From: an uncultured Bacilli bacterium
GTDB taxonomy: Bacteria > Bacillota_I > Bacilli_A > RF39 > UBA660
DNA: 60,710 nt
Assembly: GCA_910577075.1 (NCBI GenBank)
Contig: CAJTKV010000002.1
Coordinates: 20,455 to 81,164 of the forward strand
Direction of reading: 5' to 3'
A program made the translations under genes and the position numbers. Numbering within the stretch: position 1 is the first letter of the stretch; every line of letters starts with the position of its first letter. This document shows, in pieces, positions 48,998 to 57,641 of the stretch. The notes beneath the pieces are model-generated. The model saw only the letters and a program-made list of their open reading frames with translations. It searched no databases and had not been told where the DNA came from.

Positions 48998-49234
48998 TTA
49001 AAAAGTTATATTACCGCTTTGCTCAGTGGGCATCGGTTCTTTTTTTTCTTCGATTTTCTCTCCGCTAAAATCCTGGCTCAATATATCTTGATTTGAAAAC
49101 TCGTCATCAATTGGCTCAAATTTAATTGGATCTTCATCTAAAGTTATGATACGAGAAGTCGCTCTTGATTTTTTTTGCCCACCAGAAGTAGATACACTAG
49201 TATTTACTTCTAAGTTTTCTTGATTATAGTTCAT
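48998..49234 (-). CDS. Small acidic hypothetical protein (78 aa)
   Basis: RBS 'aggag' lies 9 nt upstream. No motif recognised. Confidence 0.45.
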   Translation of the reverse strand: MNYNQENLEVNTSVSTSGGQKKSRATSRIITLDEDPIKFEPIDDEFSNQDILSQDFSGEKIEEKKEPMPTEQSGNITF

Positions 49235-49337
49235 AAAATCACGCTCCTATTTTAATGATATCATAAACTTCAAGAAAAATAATAAAAAAAAATAATATAT
49301 ACGATCGTTTTACAAACAAAAAGCACTTAGTTTTATA

Positions 49338-49366
49338 TTGTTAATAAAAAAAATAAATGCTATAAT
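49338..49366 (+). promoter_or_regulatory. Sigma-A type promoter upstream of essC
   Basis: TTGTTA, a 17-nt spacer, then TATAAT. The sequence downstream of the -10 is shared with the promoter at 56859. Confidence 0.6.
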
Positions 49367-49380
49367 TAATACAATAAAGG

Positions 49381-52300
49381 GTGATTGAAGTGATATTGGC
49401 GGTTATTAGCGGTAATAAGATTAAAAAAAATATTCTTCCTGAACAAAAAAATGGTAACTATCAAATAATTGATGGAAATCATAATATACTAGGTAATGTT
49501 GTCGCTAATAATAATGTTTGGTTTTTTTATGCCAGCGACGAGTACGAATTTTTTATCAACGGAGCAACTTCTTATTCAATCAAATTAGAGGAATTTTCTC
49601 AAGTAGAAATAAAAAAAAGAATTACTCATGAAACAATGATTATGTACGTATACTCCCTTTCGTCATGCGTTCAAATGGAACTTCAAACAAGAACTTCTAA
49701 AATCACTATTGGTAAAAATCCGGTATGTGATATATGTTATAACTCTACTTATACAAAGGATAATCACGCTCGATTGACTTATGAAAATAGTAGATGGTAT
49801 TTAGAATGCGTAGAGGACTATGCCTATGTAAATGAGCGATTAGTCAAGAAAAAAAAAATAGAACATGGAGATATAATCTTCATTTTTGGTTTAAGAATTT
49901 TTTGTGTTTCAAATATTGTCATTATAGCTAATTTAGTTAAAACTAATCAGATTAAAATTAAGCAGGAGTCTTTTGACAATGCTAAAATACTTGCACAAGA
50001 ACTAAATGAAAATGTTATGTCGTTAGAATCAGAATATGAATTATTCAATTCTAATGAAGAATTCACTCGATCACCAAGATTTCGAACATCAAATGAAAAA
50101 GTTGATATCAAAGTGGCAGCACCGCCTCAAGAACAAAGTCAAACAACTCCTCCAACAATATTAACAATTGGCCCACAGTTAACGATGATGTTAACGTCCG
50201 TTGTTAATCTTATGAATGTACTAACTCAGGTTGCCTCTGGAACAACAACCTTGGATAAAGTTTTGCCAAGCTTAATCTTGTCAATAATAACCATGACTAG
50301 TGCTTTAATGTGGCCGGCTCTAACAAGAAGATGGAATAAGCGAAACAAAAAGAAAAACGAACTCATAAGAATCAAAACATATAGAAATTATTTAAAAAGA
50401 AAAGATAAAGAAATTACAGAAATAATTGCAAAACAAAAACAAGTTTTATTGGAAAATAATAACTCCTTAGAAGAATGTCAACAAATAATATATCAAAAAA
50501 AGAGAAATTTATGGGAACGAAAAATAATGGATAATGATTTTCTTCAAATAAGATTAGGTACAGGCTTTGTTAAACCAGATATAAACATTAAATACGAAGA
50601 AGCAGAATTTCAAATTAAAGACAATATGCTTGAAGATGAATTAAAAGATTTAATTAAAAAATACGATTATTTAGAAAAAGCTCCGTTAAATACATCATTA
50701 GTAGAAAACTCAATAACCGCAATTGTAGGTAATCAAGGGTTGCTTAAATCTTTTTTTGAATCCATTATATTACAAATAATAACATTTCATATTTTTAATG
50801 AACTAAAAATAGTTATTTTTACAGATGAAAACAATGTAGACTCTTGGAATTATTTGAAATTTGCACCTCATTGTTGGGATAATCAAAAAGAATTTCGTTT
50901 TATTGGAGCAACAATGGAGGAAAAAAAGAAAATATCCACATACCTTGAAAATATCATAAAATCAAGGAAAGAAATAGCATATGGAGAAAATGGTAATGCT
51001 TCATCAAGCACAACTGGAGATTTATATAAGATGTTTAATCAATATTTTCTAATAATAATAGATAGTTATGAAAATGCCAAAAACATTGAAGCAATAAATG
51101 AAATATTAAATCTAAATGACAACTTAGGTTTTTCGTTACTTATTAAGAATAGTAGGATAACTAATTTACCAAGTCAGTGTTCAACTTTTATAAATATTGC
51201 CGAAGAAAAGAGCGGATTATTTAAGAATAACTTGGTTGAGTCAAACCAAAAACAGTTTGATGCAGATTTTAATAAAACGGTAGACATAGCAGCATGTGTT
51301 CAAAAAATAGCAAATATATATGTTAATATTCCAAAAGAATCTCACGAATTGCCAAAAAGTATCGGTTTCTTAGAAATGTATGGAATTGGAAATGTTGAGC
51401 AATTTAATTCGTTAGATAGATGGAAAAATAATAATCCTGTTAATAGTTTAGGAGTTCCAATCGGTATAGATCAAAGTGGAGAATTATTTTACATGGACAT
51501 TCACGAAAAAGCATATGGACCTCATGGATTAGTAGCAGGAACGACAGGATCAGGTAAATCAGAATGGATAATTACATATATACTTTCTTTATGTGTGAAT
51601 TTTTCTCCTCTTGAAGTACAATTTGTTTTGATTGACTATAAGGGTGGTGGACTTGCCGGTTCTTTTGTCAATGAAGAAACAGGGATGCGTCTCCCTCATT
51701 TAGTTGGAACAATAACGAATCTAGACAAATCAGAAATTCGTAGAAGTCTTGCATCTCTTGAAGCTGAATCCAAAAGACGTCAAAGAAAATTTAATGAAGC
51801 AAGAGATAAACTAAATGATAGTTCAATGAATATATACAAATATCAACAATATTACCGAAAAGGAATGTTAGACGAACCTTTATCACACCTATTTATTATT
51901 TCGGATGAGTTTGCTGAATTAAAATCACAGGAACCAGAATTTCTTGATCAGCTAGTATCAATCGCACGTATTGGAAGATCATTAGGGATTCATTTGATTT
52001 TAGCCACACAAAAACCTGCAGGAGTAGTTAATGAACAGATGTGGTCAAACTCACGATTTAAAGTTTGTCTAAGAGTTCAAGATAAGGCAGATTCTAATGA
52101 TATGATTAAATGTCCTGATGCTGCTTATTTAAAACAAACTGGAGCTTTTTACTTACAAGTCGGTTTAAATGAAGTTTTCCAACTGGGACAATCGGCCTAT
52201 GCAGGTGGGTTGTATAAACCTACGACAATAGTAAAGAAAAAAATTGACACAGCAGTAGAAATTCTATCTCGAGACGGAAGTGTCGTAGATACTATTGAAG

Positions 52301-54030
52301 AAAAAGCAGAAGAAAATACTACCATAACTGCTCATGGTGAGGAATTGCTAAATATTATCATGTATGTAATGAATTTATCAAAATCGCAAAATTATAACCC
52401 TAGAAGATTATGGCTAGATGCTATTCCTGGAATAATATATTCTGATATGTTAAAGAGTAAGTATTTATTTAACAGAATCCCTTTTGAAATAAATCCAGTA
52501 ATAGGCGAATACGATAATCCGTATCAACAAAAGCAAGAGTTACTTAGATTAAACCTTAACGAAGGAAATACATTTATAACCGGTCTATCTGGTGGAGGAA
52601 AAGAAAATTTAATTCAATCAATGATATATTCAATCATTACGAACTACACTCCACAAGAAGTTGCAATTTATATCGCGGATTTAGGAGCAGAGACACTTGC
52701 TATGTTTGAAAATGCTCCTCATGTAGGTGGGGTAATTTATCAAAACGATAAAGAAAAAATGGAAAACATGGTTCGCTTTGCAAAAAAGGAATACAAAAAC
52801 AGAAGAAAAAAATATCGTGAATTTGGCGGAAATTTTGCCAGCTATACCAAGTACAGCCAACAAAAAGATCAAATAATGCTATTTATAATTAATTCCATTG
52901 AAACATTAAAAGAAAACAATTTAGATTTATTTGATGATCTTTCAACATTGTTTCTAGAGTGCGCTAAATACGGAATAATATTTGTAGCATCGTCTACTGA
53001 TAAAAATGTCTTTAGAAATAAAATACGTGAAGCATTCTCTCAAACTCTTTGCTTAAGATTAACTGATGATGATTACACTGGAGTTCTAGGAACAAAAGCC
53101 AAGGGAATAAAACCAAAAGACTTAAAGGGCAGAGGTCTAGTTGAAGTTAATGGAGAAATATTTGAATTTCAATCTGCATCAATTTTCCAAGAAGACAAGT
53201 TACAACAAGTAGTTAAGTCAATATGCCAAAAGCTAACAGATGCGTATAAAGTAAAAGTTAGACCTATCCCTATGATTCCAAAAACTATTAATCTTTCTAA
53301 GATTAACATTAATGGATTATCGTTAAGTAAAATTTGTGTTGGTTATCGAATAGAAACAATTGAACCTTATTTCATGAATTTACAAAAGAACTTTGGAACC
53401 CTTATTATTGCTCCTAAAAAATCCTCTTTAACTGAGTATTCAAAAGTTTTATATGGCGAATTAGAAAAAATAGCAAATGATAATGCACGAGTATATCTTT
53501 TTGACACTGAAGACTTGTTCAAAAGTGAAAGATATTCCAATATTAAATATGTAAATAGTGAAGAAATTGTTAATACCTTTAATAACTTAAATATTTATAT
53601 AAAAGGTGAATTAGAAAAATATAATAGTTTAGAGAATAAAGGAGAATACAAAGCACCAAGAAGATCATTGATTGTTTTTCACGGGGCATCTTTGCTAAGC
53701 AAACAACTTGGAAGAGAACTGTATGGTGAATTAGAAAAAATAGTAGATACATCAAGAGAACTACAATTATTTGATTTTCTTGTATTAGATATTTTATCAA
53801 ATTATAAAGACATTGGAAGAGATAAGCCATTCCAAAAAATTTGTCTTGATAGCAATGGTGTATTTATCTCAAATACTTATGACGGTCAAATGTTTGTAGA
53901 AATTAATTCTAGGGACATCAAAACACGAGATTCTTTATCAGACAACATGGGTTACATAGTAGAAAACGGAAAAGGGTACTTATCTCAAGTGTTACAATAT
54001 ACAGAAGCAGAAGAGGAGGAAGAAGAATGA
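49381..54030 (+). CDS. essC: Type VII secretion system ATPase EssC/YukB (FtsK/SpoIIIE family)
   Basis: N-terminal FHA-like modules, two TM helices (~residues 255-315), and 'SIGFLEMY...HEKAYGPHGLVAGTTGSGKSEWIITYILSL...LIDYKGGGL...LPHLVGTITNLD...LFIISDEFAELK...RIGRSLGIHLILATQKP' nearly colinear with S. aureus EssC. The second P-loop is 'GLSGGGKEN' and the third domain is degenerate. The start may be the GTG at 49390. Confidence 0.93.
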   Translation: MIEVILAVISGNKIKKNILPEQKNGNYQIIDGNHNILGNVVANNNVWFFYASDEYEFFINGATSYSIKLEEFSQVEIKKRITHETMIMYVYSLSSCVQMELQTRTSKITIGKNPVCDICYNSTYTKDNHARLTYENSRWYLECVEDYAYVNERLVKKKKIEHGDIIFIFGLRIFCVSNIVIIANLVKTNQIKIKQESFDNAKILAQELNENVMSLESEYELFNSNEEFTRSPRFRTSNEKVDIKVAAPPQEQSQTTPPTILTIGPQLTMMLTSVVNLMNVLTQVASGTTTLDKVLPSLILSIITMTSALMWPALTRRWNKRNKKKNELIRIKTYRNYLKRKDKEITEIIAKQKQVLLENNNSLEECQQIIYQKKRNLWERKIMDNDFLQIRLGTGFVKPDINIKYEEAEFQIKDNMLEDELKDLIKKYDYLEKAPLNTSLVENSITAIVGNQGLLKSFFESIILQIITFHIFNELKIVIFTDENNVDSWNYLKFAPHCWDNQKEFRFIGATMEEKKKISTYLENIIKSRKEIAYGENGNASSSTTGDLYKMFNQYFLIIIDSYENAKNIEAINEILNLNDNLGFSLLIKNSRITNLPSQCSTFINIAEEKSGLFKNNLVESNQKQFDADFNKTVDIAACVQKIANIYVNIPKESHELPKSIGFLEMYGIGNVEQFNSLDRWKNNNPVNSLGVPIGIDQSGELFYMDIHEKAYGPHGLVAGTTGSGKSEWIITYILSLCVNFSPLEVQFVLIDYKGGGLAGSFVNEETGMRLPHLVGTITNLDKSEIRRSLASLEAESKRRQRKFNEARDKLNDSSMNIYKYQQYYRKGMLDEPLSHLFIISDEFAELKSQEPEFLDQLVSIARIGRSLGIHLILATQKPAGVVNEQMWSNSRFKVCLRVQDKADSNDMIKCPDAAYLKQTGAFYLQVGLNEVFQLGQSAYAGGLYKPTTIVKKKIDTAVEILSRDGSVVDTIEEKAEENTTITAHGEELLNIIMYVMNLSKSQNYNPRRLWLDAIPGIIYSDMLKSKYLFNRIPFEINPVIGEYDNPYQQKQELLRLNLNEGNTFITGLSGGGKENLIQSMIYSIITNYTPQEVAIYIADLGAETLAMFENAPHVGGVIYQNDKEKMENMVRFAKKEYKNRRKKYREFGGNFASYTKYSQQKDQIMLFIINSIETLKENNLDLFDDLSTLFLECAKYGIIFVASSTDKNVFRNKIREAFSQTLCLRLTDDDYTGVLGTKAKGIKPKDLKGRGLVEVNGEIFEFQSASIFQEDKLQQVVKSICQKLTDAYKVKVRPIPMIPKTINLSKININGLSLSKICVGYRIETIEPYFMNLQKNFGTLIIAPKKSSLTEYSKVLYGELEKIANDNARVYLFDTEDLFKSERYSNIKYVNSEEIVNTFNNLNIYIKGELEKYNSLENKGEYKAPRRSLIVFHGASLLSKQLGRELYGELEKIVDTSRELQLFDFLVLDILSNYKDIGRDKPFQKICLDSNGVFISNTYDGQMFVEINSRDIKTRDSLSDNMGYIVENGKGYLSQVLQYTEAEEEEEE

Positions 54031-54281
54031 AATATAAAGTAATGTGTGAAATAACATTTCCCTCCTTTGAAACAACAATAGATGTAACACTTCCCATTAA
54101 TAAAACAGTCGGTTATACTTGCTCGATGTTAGATAAGTACATAATAGACAATCTTGATGCAACATACAAAATAAAACCCAATAGCATTCTAGTTAACAAA
54201 AAAACGGGTACAGTTTATGATAAAAACAAATTAATTGCTGAAACTGATATAAAAAACGGATGCAGTTTAGTATTTTATTGA
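54027..54281 (+). CDS. YukD/EsaB-like ubiquitin-fold T7SS protein
   Basis: 84 aa with an ATGA overlap with essC. 'TIDVTLPINKTV' and the C-terminal 'KLIAETDIKNGCSLVFY' parallel YukD 'VFDLRLSDYHPV' and 'KLSDCGITNGDRLEIL'. Confidence 0.7.
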   Translation: MKYKVMCEITFPSFETTIDVTLPINKTVGYTCSMLDKYIIDNLDATYKIKPNSILVNKKTGTVYDKNKLIAETDIKNGCSLVFY

Positions 54282-54323
54282 CAAATAAATACATAAAGTT
54301 TACATATACAATATACAAAAGTA

Positions 54324-54353
54324 TTGAAGAATAATCGAAGGTTATGTTATATT
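54324..54353 (+). promoter_or_regulatory. Candidate promoter for the first substrate pair
   Basis: TTGAAG, an 18-nt spacer, then TGtTATATT (extended -10), 30 nt before the ATG at 54383. Confidence 0.45.
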
Positions 54354-54382
54354 CATAATATAAGAGAGGAGATAAAGAAAAT

Positions 54383-54832
54383 ATGGCACAATTACAACTA
54401 CAACACGTTGTTACATTAGATGAAGCAGAATGTACAATGGAAAAAAAGCCTAGGGATTGGGATAAATTCTTATACGACAATAGTACAAACGGAGGAATCA
54501 TAGATGCCCTAGACAGAGTTTACGACAATATTGGCAAATTTGAAACGGATATTTCAACAATGAAAACTAATGTTCAAAAAATCATCAATATGTACGATAT
54601 TTGTCCAGTAGAGGATCAATTAAACAAATATTGTTCAAACCTTGATCATTTTAAGGAAAACATAACTAATTATTGTACACAGTTAAATCAAAAAATGGTT
54701 GACTCCGTAACAAAATTGATGGAAAAAGACGCAAGTTTTTCAGAGGATTTAGCAATGCTTAATGATTTGATTCAAAATAGCGATCTTTCTCAAGAATTTG
54801 AGTCAAGTGCAGCAACAGGAAGAGTTGCATAA
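54383..54832 (+). CDS. Stand-alone copy of the locus-specific helical N-terminal domain (putative T7SS substrate or targeting factor)
   Basis: It shares 'FLYDNSTNGGIIDAL' and 'MEKDASFSEDLAMLNDLI' with the N-termini of 58443.. and 59631... RBS 'gagaggag'. Confidence 0.55.
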   Translation: MAQLQLQHVVTLDEAECTMEKKPRDWDKFLYDNSTNGGIIDALDRVYDNIGKFETDISTMKTNVQKIINMYDICPVEDQLNKYCSNLDHFKENITNYCTQLNQKMVDSVTKLMEKDASFSEDLAMLNDLIQNSDLSQEFESSAATGRVA

Positions 54833-54869
54833 TTTTATGAAATTTTAAAAATAAAGAAAGGAAAATAGT

Positions 54870-55223
54870 ATGTCAGCTACACAACAATCTAACTATGATT
54901 ATAATCAAGTAATGGAGTTTATTCAAAATGAATATAACAATGCTTTAAGTACATTGCAAGAGGACTTAAAGAATCTTCGATTAGCTGTTGAGGCTTGCGA
55001 GGATTTATATCATGGAACTGCAGCAGGCGGTTTAAAAAGTGCATATAGTGCTATATACAATAATATAGGAAAGTCTAATGCTGCTGATGGAATTGATATA
55101 TCAGGAAATGGATCATGGAAACCGGTTAACTCCTTAGCAGCTGCTGGAAATATTCTTTATACAATGGCTTATGCTGATAAAGAAACAGATGAAAACGGCG
55201 GAAACGCTATGACGTTAAGATAA
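54870..55223 (+). CDS. Small WXG100-superfamily-like helical protein (non-canonical YHG motif)
   Basis: 117 aa with a two-helix layout and a central 'DLYHGTAAGGLKSAY' where WXG100 proteins have 'W.G.aa.af'. It is a paralogue of 57290..57610. Confidence 0.45.
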   Translation: MSATQQSNYDYNQVMEFIQNEYNNALSTLQEDLKNLRLAVEACEDLYHGTAAGGLKSAYSAIYNNIGKSNAADGIDISGNGSWKPVNSLAAAGNILYTMAYADKETDENGGNAMTLR

Positions 55224-55252
55224 AAATTCTTCTTTTTGAAGAATTTTTTTTT
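55224..55252 (+). terminator. Intrinsic terminator
   Basis: 9-bp stem aaattcttc/gaagaattt with a 5-nt loop, then T9. Confidence 0.85.
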
Positions 55253-55302
55253 GTAAAAAAACTTAAAAAGTGTATTCTTTTTCTAAAAGTTAATTTATTC
55301 AA

Positions 55303-55326
55303 ATAAAAAAGTCTCTCTAAAGAGAC
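55303..55326 (-). terminator. Intrinsic terminator of the minus-strand HExxH gene
   Basis: Stem gtctct/agagac with a 4-nt loop. On the minus strand it is followed by a T-run (plus-strand aaaaaa at 55305-55310). Confidence 0.7.
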
Positions 55327-56774
55327 TATAACGTGTTACTAATATTTGCTTCTAAATTGTTAACATCAATATAATCATTAAATTTTGAATTCAATATATT
55401 ATTTTGAATCATATTTTGTCCAGAAAATCCTCTATTAATGACATCCAGTAATTCATTTTTTGAAGCATTGGCTTCGCTCAAAGTAGATTCGGAAGATAAA
55501 TGATTACTAATCCATAAATCTCCAATAAAACTAGATAAAGTGTTTTTATCTTCCATAGAGACACTAATTTGACCAGTATAAAATTCCGTTGAACATAACT
55601 CAATAAGTGTTACCATTTCAACAGCGTCATAGCTAGTTTTTGCATCAATAGCATCAATAAAAAAGTCAATGTTTGCACAAGTCATTTCGCTTGGTTCATA
55701 ATTATCTAAGCAAGAAGTAATAGCCGTATAAATATTAGCTGTTCTTGGATATCCCATATTTTCTTTTAATTCATCGCTATATCTGTCTAAAAAAGGCCTT
55801 GTAGTAAAAACAACTGTCATTGCCTCTTCTGTGTATTTACCAAACACGTTATTGGCAAACTGGCACACTATGGTGTTACCACTTTTTTGAAATTTTCCTT
55901 CAGTACATCCGTGTCCAAGTTCATGTCTAAATATTAAAGAATCTAAGGTTCCTTCGGATAAATCTAGATTATCTTTAACAAGCATTGTATTGTACTCTGC
56001 GGAATATACTGCTAGAGTTTCATCATCTAATGTCCCATGAGTAGAAACTTTAATTTGCATATCTTTTATATTTTCGTAGAATACCCTCCAATCAATATTG
56101 GTGTAATAATCATCCATTGTATATACAAAATCAATTATAGAAGGTTTATATTTATCGTCTATTTTATCATTATTATTGATTGCAGCAATGATTTGCTCTA
56201 ATGAAACATCCTTATAACCAAAGTATTTATCTAGAGCAATGTTGTTATAAATAATTATCTCGTTATTTTCTTTATCTTCGTAAAAGTAATTGCTTCTTAT
56301 TGTACGGTCGTCATATCTGTACTCAATTTCATAGCTAGGTTCTTCTAAATCTTGCAATAGGTCTTCAACATTAGTATTCTTTTCTTGATTTATGTCTTCA
56401 TCTGTACTTGTATTTTCCTGTTTGACTTCCTCTTCGTTTTCAACAGAAAACATATTAACTAATGTATTGGGCTCTATATTATATGTACTGCATAAATTTG
56501 ATATAAATTTAGGAGAAAGCATTAAAATAGTTCCAGCAACTAGAACTCCTGCCCTAAATTTATATTTTCTTTTCTTTTTTTTATCCCTTTTAAATTTAAA
56601 AATGTTTTTTTCCTCGTAATTAAAAATCATTGCCAAGTTTAATACATCTTTTAAATCTGGGTAGTAAAGCTTATTATCCCTTGTTTCTAAGAATGCATAT
56701 TTATGTTGATCATCTAAAAATACAAAAAATTTTTTCTCGTTATAAGTTATAGTTGATATCTTTCTATATTTCAT
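55326..56774 (-). CDS. Single-pass membrane protein with an extracytoplasmic HExxH (putative Zn-metallopeptidase) domain
   Basis: ~90-aa cytoplasmic N-terminus, a K/R stretch, TM 'AGVLVAGTILMLSPKFI', and 'LIFRHELGHGCTEG' with a downstream 'TEEAM'. RBS 'aggtga' precedes the ATG at 56774. Confidence 0.5.
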   Translation of the reverse strand: MKYRKISTITYNEKKFFVFLDDQHKYAFLETRDNKLYYPDLKDVLNLAMIFNYEEKNIFKFKRDKKKKRKYKFRAGVLVAGTILMLSPKFISNLCSTYNIEPNTLVNMFSVENEEEVKQENTSTDEDINQEKNTNVEDLLQDLEEPSYEIEYRYDDRTIRSNYFYEDKENNEIIIYNNIALDKYFGYKDVSLEQIIAAINNNDKIDDKYKPSIIDFVYTMDDYYTNIDWRVFYENIKDMQIKVSTHGTLDDETLAVYSAEYNTMLVKDNLDLSEGTLDSLIFRHELGHGCTEGKFQKSGNTIVCQFANNVFGKYTEEAMTVVFTTRPFLDRYSDELKENMGYPRTANIYTAITSCLDNYEPSEMTCANIDFFIDAIDAKTSYDAVEMVTLIELCSTEFYTGQISVSMEDKNTLSSFIGDLWISNHLSSESTLSEANASKNELLDVINRGFSGQNMIQNNILNSKFNDYIDVNNLEANISNTL

Positions 56775-56858
56775 ACTATCACCTAATAGTATTATAACTA
56801 ATTTTTTAATTGATTTAGATAACATTGTAAAATGTTTAATGCCTATTTACACTTTTTA

Positions 56859-56886
56859 TTTGAAAAAATAAAAAATATGATATAAT
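56859..56886 (+). promoter_or_regulatory. Sigma-A type promoter of the second substrate operon
   Basis: TTGAAA, a 16-nt spacer, then TGaTATAAT. 'tataattaatacaata' is identical to the essC promoter region. Confidence 0.6.
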
Positions 56887-56910
56887 TAATACAATAGAGG
56901 AATGGTGTCT

Positions 56911-57276
56911 ATGAGTGAATTAATAGGCTTTTGGAATGATAACGAATCCAGAATGATAAAATCCGCCATCAAACATAGTAGGTACAACTTAGATAATGCA
57001 AATTCTAGAGCTTCCTCTAGTCTAATTGATTTAAATAAGGCGATTAATAATATTTCCTACGATATGGAAAAAATATTAGAAAATTTGCGGAATCTTAGAA
57101 GTAAATATGATGGAGATGAAAAATATTTACTTAATTCAATAATTAGGGATATTAACAATTTTTTAGACACAGAAACTAAAGATATGAAAAGAGCAAGTAT
57201 TATGCTAAATGAATCTTTAAATGAAGGTATAAAAAATATTGATGAAAGCATAGAAAGATTAAATTCTTTAATCTAA
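56911..57276 (+). CDS. Short helical protein, a distant copy of the locus-specific N-terminal domain
   Basis: 'SELIGFWNDNESRMIK' parallels 'GELIGTWDETEASMQK' (58443) and '[15 protein letters not shown]' (59631). The rest is predicted helical. It lacks the YDNST motif. Confidence 0.45.
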   Translation: MSELIGFWNDNESRMIKSAIKHSRYNLDNANSRASSSLIDLNKAINNISYDMEKILENLRNLRSKYDGDEKYLLNSIIRDINNFLDTETKDMKRASIMLNESLNEGIKNIDESIERLNSLI

Positions 57277-57289
57277 AAGGAGAGTATTT

Positions 57290-57610
57290 ATGTCGAAAAG
57301 TTATAATTATGATGAAGTAATTGAATTTTGCAAAGCTGGAGGTCCCATTGATAATAGTTTAGCTCAACTACAAGAGGACTTAAAGAATCTTAGACTCATT
57401 ACAGAACAATGCCAAGAATTATTTCACGGAGAGGGAGCATCTGGCATTTATAGCGCGTATGATACAATTTTTAAAAATATTGGATATGCAAATTCTGGAA
57501 GTTCTGTTGGTGCATGGGGTGTAGCAGCAAACATAAGAACTATAAATAGCAGTGTTTATTATAATGCTTTAAGAGATAAAGAAGCAGATGAACAAGGGGA
57601 AATTCAATAA
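57290..57610 (+). CDS. Small WXG100-superfamily-like helical protein (non-canonical FHG motif)
   Basis: 106 aa with 'LQEDLKNLRL' and 'ELFHGEGASGIYSAY'. It is a paralogue of 54870..55223. RBS 'aaggagag'. Confidence 0.45.
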   Translation: MSKSYNYDEVIEFCKAGGPIDNSLAQLQEDLKNLRLITEQCQELFHGEGASGIYSAYDTIFKNIGYANSGSSVGAWGVAANIRTINSSVYYNALRDKEADEQGEIQ

Positions 57611-57641
57611 AATTGAATTAGAAAAGAATAGAGGGAAAAGT

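Noticed and set aside
55326-56774. The antisense 483-aa membrane protein as EssB/YukC
   Set aside because: The cytoplasmic part is only ~90 aa, too short for the EssB pseudokinase domain. The ectodomain carries an HExxH motif that is not a feature of EssB. It is kept as an open question, not a call.
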